Of a DNA stretch of 64,000 nucleotides, positions 1 through 12,605 are shown one piece after another (within the stretch, counting starts at the first letter, position 1; each line of letters opens with the position of its first letter). The DNA comes from Anthoceros angustus (Eukaryota > Plantae > Anthocerotophyta), in NCBI GenBank assembly GCA_010909165.1, contig VJWM01000025.1, forward strand, positions 1,364,001 to 1,428,000. The letters are read 5' to 3'. Below the pieces are notes generated by a model. It was not told the DNA's origin. It saw nothing but the letters and a program-made list of their open reading frames with translations, and did no database searches. The position numbers and the translations under genes were made by a program.

Positions 1-190
1 TGAGTTGTCTCCTTTACCTCCTAGAAGAATTGTAGATCATTTGATTGATTTGAAGCCAAGAAGTACACCGCCTGCAAGAGGACCATACAAACCATACAAA
101 TTATCGCAAGATGAGCTGCAAAAGCTAAAGAGACATGTCTTACCACTCAGCCAAGGGCTATGTTAAAATCTCAAAGCCCATTCTTTTATA
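1..190 (+). mobile_element. Ty3/Gypsy pol fragment (region just upstream of RT), truncated
   Basis: Frame 2 reads ELSPLPPRRIVDHLIDLKPRSTPPARGPYKPYKLSQDELQKLKRH, matching the Gypsy LPPxRxxDHxIxLxPGxxPPxxxPYRLSxxEL motif. Confidence 0.7.
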
Positions 191-405
191 AATGATTCCG
201 AGTAGCTCTTGTTTTCCTTGAAGGCTTGAAAGGGCCTTTGCTTGTACATATGTTTTGAGCAATGCGAAATAACCACTGAACAAAGAAATATGTGGTTCGA
301 ACATGTCCTCCCTTGCTGCATTTCAAATCTACAAAGCTCTTGCACCTTTGGTGATTTTGGGTCTTGCCATTAGAGCAATCTAGATCCTGCAGGACATTTT
401 TTCTA

Positions 406-922
406 CTTCGAGCCTTCTATAAATTACTGCCGCTGCCGTACGACTGATTGGTTGCCGTCCGACTGATTGGTTTACCCGCAGTACGATGCTCTTGTTCTGC
501 GTGAAGTTGAATTCTGAAATAGAATGAGAACGAGTCCTTCATCAGGCAACCACACTCACTGTAACTGTAACAGCACAGGAGCAACAACTTGAGCTTGTTG
601 CGAGGAAAAATCAGAATCCAGAATCTAGGTGCACGTACCAATCATAGAGAGGTTGACCAAAGGTCCCGGCAAGATGTTCTCGTAGAAGTTGGCATCTGTC
701 TGACGCTGCCATGGAATTGTTATCATCAAGGGCGCCGGCGGTGTCCTGGGCTGGCGTCCCTTGTTGCGAATCAGGACCCGGAGGCTGGGATCCGGGCAGC
801 ATCAGGAGGAGGACTCAAATGTGGAGAGCTAGTTGTTTGAAATCCAGTAGCATGCCCCTTCAAAATGCCACTGATGGCAGCCGAGGCTTGACCAGACTTC
901 CCGAAATTTCCACTGGTCACAA
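406..922 (-). pseudogene. Scrambled partial copy of the adjacent phytocyanin-kinase gene
   Basis: 465-815 is a near-identical copy of 2721-3072 and 840-922 is a near-identical copy of 2070-2152. The pieces are out of gene order and carry no kinase domain. Confidence 0.75.
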
Positions 923-925
923 CCG

Positions 926-3653
926 TCACCTGGGTCTCATTGACTCTGCAACAATTCCCGAATCCAAGCTGGAAGTTGCCCTGGTTGTTGACTCTGAATC
1001 CGACGAGATGCCGTAAGCTTGCATCTCAATTATCCTCTGATCACTGTGGGTAACATCAGCCTTGTTGTAAAACTCCTCAGCCTTCAGCTTGGATCCCTTG
1101 ATCCTTTGCAGCATTTCCACGACTTCACTCATGGACGGTCTTGAGGCTCTTGACGACACCACGCATGCCACCGCAACCTGCCACCAGAAACGGTTAGTCC
1201 CCGTTCTGCTCTGAGCTTACCTGAAGGGCTCCTTACAGCTGTAATGACGAAGTGACTCACCTGTGCAACAGCCTCGACTGCGTGGAACTCCTCTCGTGAG
1301 AGAGAGGACAACATACACGACTCAATGATTTCACGGACCCTCCCACTCCTGATGACGGGGATCGAGCACAGAGCAAGGTTCTGCTCCCCAGCAGGATTTG
1401 AAAGGTCAATCGGCTTCTTGGACGTGATCAACTCCAGTAGCACAACCCCAAAGCTGTACACATCTGTTTTGTCGGTGAGCTGGAAGTTGTGGAAATATTC
1501 CGGATCCAGATAGCCAGGAGTTCCCTTCACAAGTGTGGACACATGTGTGGCTTCCAAATCCACCAGCTTAGAAAGCCCAAAGTCCGCAACTTTGCCATTG
1601 AAATGCTCGTCCAGTAGGATATTGGCAGACTTCACATCACGATGGAAGATTGGTGGTGTTGCCTGAACATGCAAGTACTTGAGTGCCTCAGCTGTTTGAA
1701 GAGCAATCCTGAACCTTGTGTTCCAATCGAGCATGGTGTTGAAGCCCTTCTGTGCTATGGATAGGTGATCCTGCAAAGTCCCATTGGGTATGAATTCATA
1801 CACCAGAAGCGGAACGTCCACCTCGATGCAGCAACCCAGAAGCTTGACAAGATTCCTGTTGTTCACTTGAGAGAGGATGGCCACCTCGTTTACGAAGGAC
1901 TCCACATCACTGGCATGCTTTGCCATTTTAATGGCCACGGTTGTGCCATCATCCAGAGTCCCTTTATACACTGTGCCAAACCCTCCTCTCCCAACCTCGT
2001 TGTCTGCAGAGAAACTTTTTGTTGCTCGATCCAGCTCATCGTAGGTGAAGATGGTGAATGCGGCGGCAAATCCAGTAGCATGCCCCTTCAAAATGCCACT
2101 GATGGCAGCCGAGGCTTGACCAGACTTCCCGAAATTTCCACTGGTCACAACACGTCGTTCTGGATACCTCCCTCTAGGTTTAGATCCATACTGCCGCCGA
2201 TAGTACCGAAGCCCTAGAAGGGCTGGCACAAGTATTGAGATGACGACGACAGGCACCGCCACCGCTGCAGCCACCGGAACAAATTGCTGCACTTCAGTAC
2301 TGGTCCAGAAGAAGCCTGGACAGCAAGCAACATCGGTCTACCTGCCACTGGGAGCGTCTTCCCCGCCGCCGTCTTCCCCTGCTCCCCCTGACCGGTATTG
2401 GGACTTGAGCTGCCATCCCCTGCCAAAGCCCGGGCCCATCTGCCTCAGAGAGGTTCGGCATACCAATTGCAAGCTTGCAACTGTGGAGGGGAATAACGAG
2501 GCAAGGCAAGGCAAGGCAAGGCAAGGTGAAGAAGGTTCCCAGGAAACGTACCCACTTGCAATGGCACTCTCAGCTTCATGTGGCCAGCCTCGCAGTTATC
2601 TCCGATTCCATCAATGTAGTAGTACACCGTGTCCCCATCTTCTCCAAGACGCAGAGGAAAGTTGGGCACGGTGTAGTTACCCAGCCGATTGCTGGGTTTG
2701 ACGTTGCAAGAGTCGAAATCAGATTGGTTTACCCGCAGTACGATGCTCTTGTTCTGCGTGAAGTTGAATTCTGAAATAGAATGAGAACGAGTCCTTCATC
2801 AGGCAACCACACTCACTGTAACTGTAACAGCACAGGGAGCAACAACTTGAGCTTGTTGCGAGGGAAAAAATCCAGAATCCAGAATCTAGGTGCACGTACC
2901 AATCATAGAGAGGTTGACCAAAGGTCCCGGCAAGATGTTCTCGTAGAAGTTGGCATCTGTCTGACGCTGCCATGGAATTGTTATCATCAAGGGCGCCGGC
3001 GGGGTGTCCTGGGCTGGCGTCCCTTGTTGCGAATCAGGACCCGGAGAGCTGGGATCCGGAGCAGCATCAGGAGGAGGACTGGACTGCCGGTACAGGACGT
3101 TGATGTTAAAGCGCATTCCATCTTGGCAGTCTGAACTAGTGTTATCACTGGTGAGCCCGGTGCTGGTTAAGTAGAACGTGCCATTGAACGGTATAATAAG
3201 CGCGAGAGCGGGTCCGGTGAAATAGGCAGCCGTGTCCACGAGCGAGCAGGTGGTGAGGTCACTGGCTCTCCAAACCTGCGTCACGTCATGGGCGCTGTCG
3301 TCGAACTTGAACACTGGGGCCATGGCAACAGTCAGCAAGCTACTCGTGATCCGAAACCACCAAAGGCTTCCACAAGCATGACAGCCAGCTGCAAATTCAG
3401 TGCGAAGCTGCAACACTACTGTCTTACACAAGGAATCGTTCACGTAGAACGTCAACTTGTCGGCCCAATCCTGGTAGAAGGTCAGTTCTTCCGGATGAGG
3501 AAACCAGTTGGGGTTCCCTGGAATGCCTCCGACGTCATACTGCACAGGGCCGTCTCCACGCACATGTACAGGAGCGGCAGCCAACATGAGAGCGAGCAGC
3601 GCGAGAGCGATCCAGCTCCAGCTCCAGCTCCAGCCGATTCCTGAACACTCCAT
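926..3653 (-). CDS. Receptor-like kinase: signal peptide, two phytocyanin/ENODL-like domains, Pro-rich linker, possible EGF-like remnant, TM helix, WAK-type RD kinase
   Basis: GT-AG exons 3653-3428, 3313-2900, 2770-2552, about 2480-1261 and 1177-926. Domain 1: QYDVGG..W..FYQDWADKLTFYVNDSL|LFKFDDSAHDVTQV..C..FYLTSTG..DCQDGMRFNINV. Domain 2: IEFNFTQNKSIVLRVNQSDFDSC..YYYIDGIGDNCEAGHMKLRV. TM: FVPVAAAVAVPVVVISILVPALLGL followed by RYYRR. Kinase motifs: GRGGFGTVYKG, VAIK, HRDVKSANILL, DFG, GTPGYLDPEY. One in-frame TAG at 2338-2340 in exon 4 is unresolved. Confidence 0.85.
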
Positions 3654-4645
3654 CGCTGGCTATGGCGATGGTGAGCCGATGGCCAGCCAGCCTCCTCCAA
3701 CTCAAACGTGCTCACGATTTCCTCTGGAGGCTGGACTCAGAGATTTCAATGCAGTCCGAGCCGCCCGCCGCCCCGAACGACCAACGCGGTTGGGCCAAAT
3801 GCGCGTGGGGATGCTTTTTCAGCGGACCCAAATATCACCGTACGTATGGTAGGGCTGTCATCCATTGAATATGTATACATGTACATGCATCTGGAGGGCC
3901 TGTCACCCTTGTGACAGGAGAAGGCAGGAAGGCAGGAGTTTTCTGAACAATTTCTTTGCAGCCTCGCTGGAATCCACAAAAAATATAACCCATATTCTAT
4001 CGCAAAACTGTGTGGCTTCTGTAGCTGGATTACACAAACGAGCGAATTGAGCGGACTAAGGTCTCCGGAAGCAAAAGCGAAACCAAATCGGCTCATCATT
4101 TCGTCTGGCTGGCGAATGCAGACCTCAGGCCGGTTTCCTGTGCCAGAGACTAGGTCGCCTAGCTTTGCTGCCTGGCGTCTGGTGGAAGCAGCAGGCTTCA
4201 CGACTCACTGACACTACACCTGGTTGACGCCTTGCGTCGGAAGCCGGGGCTTGACGAACGAGACTTTGACTCCATAGCTCAAACTTTGCAGCCCCCTCCA
4301 ATGAGACGTGTGACGTGTCAACAACTGCGGTAGCAAAGTCGGCCGTTAACGTTTCAGCGCGGCAGGTCTCGCCACGCATTGCGCACGCGGTCACCGGGAA
4401 ATCAATTATTAGTTTGGAATTTCACCAGAATGCGGATCTGATTGGGTGCAGTCCCGCACCCAATCAGATCAGGCTGTGAGTCAACAAGAATACATGAGAT
4501 CAGAGAGAGCTCCCCATCTTCCTGTCCTCGTTTGCGGGTACCTGGAGTGCCAACTGGACTGAGGAGATGATAGGATCTCAGCAAACCAGGTGTTGAAATC
4601 CCTCAGCTTCTCGTAAGCACTTCTCATAACTTACGCCAAAAATAA

Positions 4646-5450
4646 CCTAGGCCTGCAGTGATGCTCCACAGCCTAGCTGTTCAATCTGACTTCACCAAAG
4701 TTTGAGCAACACTCAATTGTGATGGACATGTCAGCTGCAGCAGGCACGTAACAATCTGCAAGCTTGAACATGGAAGCAATGCTCAATTCTGACCTAGGCC
4801 TGCAGTGATGCTCCACAGCCTAGCTGTTCAATCTGACTTCACCAAAGTTTGAGCAACACTCAATTGTGATGGACATATCAGCTGCAGCAGGCACGTAACA
4901 ATCTGCAAGCTTGAACATGGAAGCAATGCTCAATTCTGACCTAGGCCTGCAGTGATGCACAACCTGTGGAGCCGCAGTCCTCGCCCTGCACCACGCGTAG
5001 CCCTTGCCCTAGCGCTGCAGCCCTTGCCCTTGCCCTTGCCAAACTATATGTATCTAGCCTGTCCAATGGTAGTCTAAGGCCGGAGCGTGTCCCAGGACTC
5101 GGGCTACCCTGCTCAAAGTTGTACATCAACAGTGGAAGAGAGTAAATTCAACCTAGGAAGGTCATCTTCATTTGAGTCTTGGAAAGGTGGAACTAGAGGA
5201 GAATCAGCTGGCTGGCATTGGATTGTTTGTCCAGGGTTAGCTAAGGCTAGGGCTAGGGAAAGGGCAAGGGCAAGCTCAAGGGCTGCAGCGGTACATCATT
5301 GCACTGCAGGCTAGAATTGTGCATTGCTTCCTTCTTCAAGCTCGTAGATTGCTAAAAGTGCCTGATGCAGCTAGACACATATATCGCTGGTCCACCACAA
5401 CTGAGTGTTGCTTGAATTTGGTGAAGTCAGATTGAACAGCTAGGATTGCA
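4646..5450. repeat. 147-bp tandem repeat (2 units plus the start of a third) and an inverted diverged copy, forming a foldback
   Basis: CCTAGGCCTGCAGTGATGC recurs at 4646, 4793 and 4940. About 5290-5450 is the reverse complement of one unit. GCAGCCCTTGCCCTTGCC (about 5017-5040) pairs with GGGCAAGGGGCAAG..GGGCTGCAGCG (about 5260-5290). Confidence 0.85.
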
Positions 5451-6000
5451 AGCTTGCCAAAGTGTCTTGGACTGTACGGAGCCGAGCAGGGGGAGGTTCA
5501 AGCAGCACCATCCACCATTACTGAGGCTCCCTGGAAGAAACCAGCGCGCGTAATGACGACTACGACTAAAAGAAAAGGTGAAGATTGTGTTCGACTCGCT
5601 GAAGGAGAGCTGGACGGGACTGCACCAAAAGTTCTTCCAACTCGGGAACTTTTCTCCCGAGATGGTTCATCGGTCCCTACAACAGTTGACTGATGAATTG
5701 GATGAGACCAAGGCGAATTGGTCCAGAGGCATTGACAACGGTACCAGGAGTCGGCAGGCTTGTTTGTGAAGGCGGTTACTTCCGTGCGAAAAATCATCAG
5801 ATTCTGGACAAATGTGTTTGAGCAGATTGTGGCGAAAGCAAATGCGGTCCTCCGAGCTGTGGCCAACGCGGTGGCGAAAGCTGCCCGGGCTGTGGTTCTC
5901 GTTGCCAAGCAAGTCATGAAGAGTGCGTTTGTGGTGGGATCCCGTCATTTCTTTGGCCAACGTGACACAGTAATCAAGCGTTCTTCCACCGCACCTCTCA

Positions 6001-6378
6001 GCATTGCTGGATAACGGAGTGGTGGGCAACTGCTTGGTGGATATGTCTGCAAAATGTAGTGAATTCCAGGGAGATGCACGCCAGTTTTTGACAGCTTGGC
6101 AACAAACGATGATGTTGTGACATGGAATTCCCTAATAGCTGGTTATGCACAGCAAGGACTCGATCAAGAGGCGCCAAGAAGGCCTCATTCTTGCTGACCG
6201 GGTTACTTTTGCATGCCTTCTCAAAGCCTGTGGAAGCACTGGTCAGAAGGGCAGGCAGTTGCACTCACAGATTGGGGGAAGAGAACTGCGGGATAACGTA
6301 CTGTTGGGCAACTGCCTGGTGGATACGTATGCAAATGTAGTGAACTGGAAGCTGCACGCCAGGTTTTTCACAGCATGA
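6001..6378 (+). pseudogene. PLS-class pentatricopeptide repeat gene fragment
   Basis: Across frameshifts: VVGNCLVDM.AKC, DVVTWNSLIAGYAQQG, DRVTFACLLKACGS, GRQLHSQI, NVLLGNCLVDTYA. Confidence 0.85.
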
Positions 6379-7149
6379 ACACAAACAATGCTTGCGCATG
6401 TCACGCTGCGATTGGTACCAGAATCGGTGTTCAACAGGCGGGCAGGCGGTGGCCTCGTTGTGAGCCTGATGTGTGACGAGGTTGGGTCAATATGGGTGAC
6501 CATTCTGGGGTTCAAGGTAATGGCTCTCCTCCCAAACAGCCAAATGAGCTAGCTGGCCGCGTCCCTCTATATTCGTTAAAGATGAAACTCTGGGAGTTGA
6601 AAGCCTTCTCCACGTCCACTCCCATAACCACTCATTCTGGATGGTATTCAAACACAGCCTGGATGCTACGAATCCCACTTTCGAGACCACTCAATCCGGA
6701 TGGTACACTTTCCAAACCTCTCGTGTCGGATGGTATTCAAGCATAGCCCCATGGGTGGTATCCAACTGATGGTAGCCAAGATCGACATGACTATGGGCCA
6801 AGCCGAAGCGCCATGAACTTCTAAGCCGTTAGAAGCCTCTCCACAACATCGAGGGCAAAGGAAAAGAGTTAACAGTTAACTGCAGGGCCCAGACACAGTC
6901 TGCACCCGAAAGGGAAGTCTGTTGGCAAAAGACAAAACGAGTTACATAGACAGCAGAGCCCTCACAAACAATCAGAACCGTAGAGACGTTTGACGACTCC
7001 CGAGCACCACAAGCACAGAACCGTGGCCGGAAAACTGAAGGCAGCAAAACTGAAAATACAACAGGCACTTGAGTGTTGCATTCCAGTGAGATGCTGAGGA
7101 CAAAATTTCTACGAGCTTGAAACAAAAACCCACAGGCACTGAGGCAAGG

Positions 7150-7739
7150 CTAATCCTCATCCTCGGCCTCGTTGTCGGCGATATTGAAGTATCGCAATTC
7201 ATACATGTTCCTGTCCTTATTGGAGGCTATGACTCGCAGCCAGTCCCTCACGTTGTGCTTCTTCAAGTACTTCTTCGTCAAGTACTTCAAGTACCTGCAA
7301 ACAGCCACCAGGGGCGTCCTTCACATCTGAACAGCAAAGAAAACCCTGACCGCAAAACTAACATAACAGGCCATCCAGCGGCACGCTCAGTCTGACCTAA
7401 AGAGCAGGGGTGCTGCTACCAACAAATTCCAAACAATTGCCAACAGCTACAAATCCCAGACAATCCCCCACAGCTAAGCCTCTCAACTAACCTCTTCGAG
7501 AACGCAGCCTCGGAGGTGACGCTTATTCTGTTGTTCTGACGCGCGATCGTGACGATGTCCCCCAGGACGCCCGCCTTGCCTCCAACCTTGATCCGCTCTT
7601 GTAAAAATTTCTCGAAGGACGCAATGTCCATGATCTTGTCCTCCACTGGCTTCCCGCAGTCGATGGTAAAGGTGGAAGACCTCTTCTTACTCTTGACACC
7701 CTGGCCCTTCTTGGCCGCAGCCGCAGCAGGTGGCGCCAT
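7150..7739 (-). CDS. RPL22: 60S ribosomal protein eL22, 2 coding exons, 130 aa
   Basis: Exon 7739-7492 reads [55 protein letters not shown] intron 7491-7295. Exon 7294-7150 reads [47 protein letters not shown]. The frame is intact. Confidence 0.97.
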
Positions 7740-9151
7740 CGCTACAACAAACCTGCTGGGACAACAATACCTGAACGGAAAGTAATGGACGGAACTGCGG
7801 TCCAAATCCCGTGGAGCAGAACAGACCAAAACCCTGATCCTGAATTGCCTGTGATGAACAGGGTGAGTTGCCCCGATCACGATCCCAGGTGAACGCGCAC
7901 CGCCAGTTCTGTCGGCTCGGCACTCTACGTAGGTAGAACCGATAATACCGATAGTGGTACATAAGATCTAATTTTGCCTAAAATTTTGTTCAATTTTGTG
8001 TATCCACGCAGCTCACGACTTCGATACCGTCTTCGGCATGATCCCCTGTTCAGAGAGGAGAGACAACATTCCAACATCCCGCTGTGCAACGCTTTCTGGC
8101 TGGCACTGGCTCCAATACTGGTGACCTCATTTCTAGTGACTTTTGGCATGGTGTTACCAATGTTTGATTCTTCGTTCAGCCTACACAGTATTTGCAGTAT
8201 CACAGAGAGCTCGAAGAATACATCCCAGTCCAGCCTTCTCTACAAGCTTCTCATGTAGGCGGAGACACTGATCACACGTTAGTCTGTCACCCGTTGACAG
8301 CCCTTTATACAAATATCTGCATCACAAGAAAGGGAGCGAGGCGATTAACGCCATGGCACACATCCACATGGAAGGATGACTCAATGAGTCACCTTGGACT
8401 GGCGAGACATCAACTCACTTCATCAGAATGTCGTGATAATGTGAGTCCAGGCTATGATCCAGCAGAGAATCAACATCTTTGACAGCCATCAATGCACGGT
8501 GGACGACCAGCCAATTCGCAGACTGATCACAAAACGGGACAAGGATGTTGGAAGCTCAGCCTCCTCCCGCTCGTCTCACCACCGGAATTGCGAAATTTAG
8601 GTTTCTCTCACCTTACACGAATCATCCCTCGTCTTCGTCGGAGGATCCTCCAAGGACGTTCTCAGTGCCTCGTTGAACAAAGATCTGTCAACACAACGAT
8701 TCCGAGTCAGCCCAGGCTCCAAATCAGCCTCATGATTTTGTCACACAAAGCTGGCTCAAGGTAACCACAATTGTATCAATCGATCCACTCTGCGAGATTT
8801 GTGCTCTATCCGGTTGATGATTGCTTCTGCGCTTTCCGTCTCCACAAATTTCTCTGCCTCCAGATGGCCGTCATCATCGTCAGCCATGTGCAGCGGGAGC
8901 CTGGAGGTTTTCACGGGTTGTATGAGGTTGCTCAATTTGGCCAAGGTTCTGCCGAGGAGCCTTGTTGTGAAATGTGCGGTCTCGTGTTATGCTCTGCACA
9001 TGGGGACAGCATGCCGGCTGAAACCAGCATCAGCTCTGTCGTCTTTCGGTCTCTACGAAGTCATGGTTTAGCAAAACACGCCACCACCTTCGAGCGACGG
9101 AGGGCTTAAGGAAAACCGTGTCTCCTTTTGCACAATTGGAGGATGCTTGGA

Positions 9152-9905
<754 letters not shown>

Positions 9906-9991
9906 TTAATAGCTGTCCTGTTAAGAAATGCATATGTTCATGCAATCTCCTATTAGAGAAGAATTGCTACAGCCACTAATAAAGAGCTGCC

Positions 9992-10700
9992 TATGGAATA
10001 CCGATCTGGTCACGTGGCATCCACATTTTTTTAGGGTTGTGGACAGAAAGAAATAATCTGCCCACATACGGCGGAACTATTTCGGTATGTCACGCATGAC
10101 CACATCGGTCGGGGCTGTGGCCACCCGGTGTCCCGATGTCGTCAACCTACCCTTTGATGCACGAAAAGATTTCACGATACACAGAAACTTTTCTTCTCTC
10201 GGGTTTAGGGTTGCGTTTAGGTCATTTGCATTGTTGCGCCATTGCGGCATGGGGCTCCATAAATGTCAATGGTTGCATTAGCATTGCGCTCACCGTTTGC
10301 AATTGCGCTTGTTGCACTCATCAGCCCCGTGTTTGCGCGCTGCCGAAAGTCTTGGTTGCCACGTGCAAAATTTGCAACGGTGTTGTGGCGGGTGAATCTC
10401 TGAGTACAGCGTTTACTCCTGCTGTGGGGTGCAAGATGTGTCTTGGCTGCATGTTTAATATGTATGTATGGTGATCGGAATCTCAAAACCCTAAAGAAAA
10501 AAAACATGTGCATGACGCACCGAATACCAGCCTATGATCGTGTGATACAAAGTTTTGCCCCCGAACCCATGAGAGCTTTAATGGCACGACATATGTGTAT
10601 GTATGCAAGTATCTCGAAAGATGCGTGGCATATTTCGTGAGCGTGCATACCAAAAAAAAGTCACATACACGCTCCCGTGTGACCAAATCGGTATTCCATA
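9992..10700. mobile_element. Non-autonomous TIR element (MITE), 709 bp
   Basis: TIR TATGGAATACCGATCTGGTCAC pairs with GTGACCAAATCGGTATTCCATA (1 mismatch). Flanking direct repeat is GCTGCC (9986-9991, 10701-10706). It can also be parsed as an 8-bp repeat, AGCTGCCT. Confidence 0.85.
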
Positions 10701-10773
10701 GCTGCCTAGAGAGGACTCTTAGTGATAAGTGGTCTGAAAGAATCCCCTGAGTCAACAACTGACACGGAAGCGA

Positions 10774-12605
10774 TGTAACGCATAAAGAAGAATACATTAC
10801 AATAAAGAGCAAAAGAGATGCCTTAAATACAAAAAGTGTATGTGTCTTTTGAGTTTAATATATAACCTAAGTTTAGGGTTAAGCTACTATTGGTTTATCG
10901 CTGTCCCAACACTCCCACTAAAACTAACGGGAGGTTAACGATGTCAGGTAGGCACTTAAAGAGTAGAATCATTTCACTCCAGCTACCCTGCTACACGGCA
11001 TACTCTGCTCGAAGCATGGAGCTCATGCCTGTGACCATATTCATTTCAGTAGCTATCCTTGTGATTCAGCTGCATGCTTGAAGATAAAGACGCGCATAGG
11101 GGCTTCTTACAGTAGCGGCTCCCTCACCACACCACCGCGCCAGAAGATGGAGCACTCTCGAAGTGAAGAAGGGCAATCGCGTGGGTGGAGGGCACGCCGA
11201 AACTTGCTCCAAACAGCTCTGCAGCCTGCTGTTCTGCAACGGCCTTCCTCTTGATGTTCAAGAGCTCATCCATTTCAGCCAGGGTGGTCATCACGGCTGT
11301 CACCTATTTTGCCAGTGTAGCGTTAGTGGCGGTTGCCCTACCTGCAGGACCTTGGTGATGCTCCTGCTTGTTTCCACTTGTCTCAGAGTTAACGAGTCTA
11401 GGCGGTTGCCAGAGGCTTGGTCATGAACAATCACTCCAGGAGGTCGATCATAGGAGCACGGCACTGGACGATGCAGTGAGCATGGACTCAAAGGGTCGAA
11501 TCACTTGGCAAGTTGCTATCTCAACAGCAGAGGCTGGCATTACTATGGTTGTAGCAAGTGCCACAATTGCAAGACGAGACTGCAGCATGTGTGCCTACAG
11601 ACGAAGACTTTGTTCTGTGTGAGGCAAAAAACTCTACATTGTAAGTGTTTGACTGCCTCACAATTTACAGCTGTTTGTTATCTTGTTCACGACTAGACTT
11701 TAAACTCTTAAGCTTCTTCCACTGAAGAGGATAACTAATTGAGGACCTGACCCATACTTTTTGTGCAGGACGACGAACGGTCTGTCTCCCAGACTTCTAA
11801 GAGGCCAAGACCACTACACTAGGTGCTTACCTAAGTGTGTTTTGGCAGCGTGGACAGTGTAGAGGGAGAAATTCTATGTCCTGCAGAGCATTAGCTAGGT
11901 GTTCACAGTAGGGAGTACAAACTCATGCAGACCTAAGGCTGCCAAATGCTGGAAGTGTTTAGCTCTAGGTAGCCCTTTTGTGAAAATGTCCGCAACATTG
12001 TCATGTGTGTTCACATACTCCACTCTGATTGATCACCTTTCGGCCAGATCTCTGATGTAGTGATGATACAACTCAATATATTTGGTTCTTGCGTGAAATC
12101 TTGGGAATTGCACTCATATTGTCATAGAACAACTTGGTAGGACTTGAATGTGTTTGCTGTACAGATTCCAGGAACTGCCTCTAGCACCTAGCTTCCTTGC
12201 AAGCATCAGTGAGTGCTTTATACTCAGCCTCCGTGGATGAGAGAGCAGTTTCTTCCCCGGCTCACAATGGACACAAGAGGAAAGCAGGATGCGTAAAGGC
12301 TTTTCCTTGTGTCGGCGTTCGAGGCCCAATCAGCGTCGGCAAACGAGGTTAGTATCAATGACTTGCTCCTACTGGATGTATATTCCAGGCCATAGGTAAG
12401 AGTCCCTTTCAAATAGCGAAAGATCCTTTTAACCGCTGCCCAATAGGATCTGCCTGGGTGCTGTAGGAACTGGGAGACCATACTAACAGAATAACTGATA
12501 TCGGGGCGAGTCCAATTGGTCAAGAAGATAAGGCTACCCACAGTCTCGGCATAAGGTATTGTGCTCATATCCTGGTTTTCTTGACTTAGAGTGGTTTGAG
12601 GAGAA
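10774..12605 (-). mobile_element. Copia element A, 3' part: RT end, RNase H, 3' region, PPT and putative short 3' LTR
   Basis: PYAETVGSLIFLTNWTRPDISYSV, FADADWA, AEYKALTDA, PRFHARTKYIE, VADIFTKGL. On the minus strand, PPT AGTGGGAG (10919-10912) is followed by TGTTGGG. The putative LTR is 10911-10774 and ends in TTACA. Confidence 0.85.

Noticed and set aside
3314-3427. Cys-containing insert within phytocyanin domain 1, as read in the 255-aa ORF
   Set aside because: It is a 114-nt GT-AG intron without a stop. Splicing restores the canonical DSL-LFKF motif.
7925-9109. Short ORFs between RPL22 and the OPR remnant
   Set aside because: No recognisable motif and frequent stops; I cannot support a gene call.
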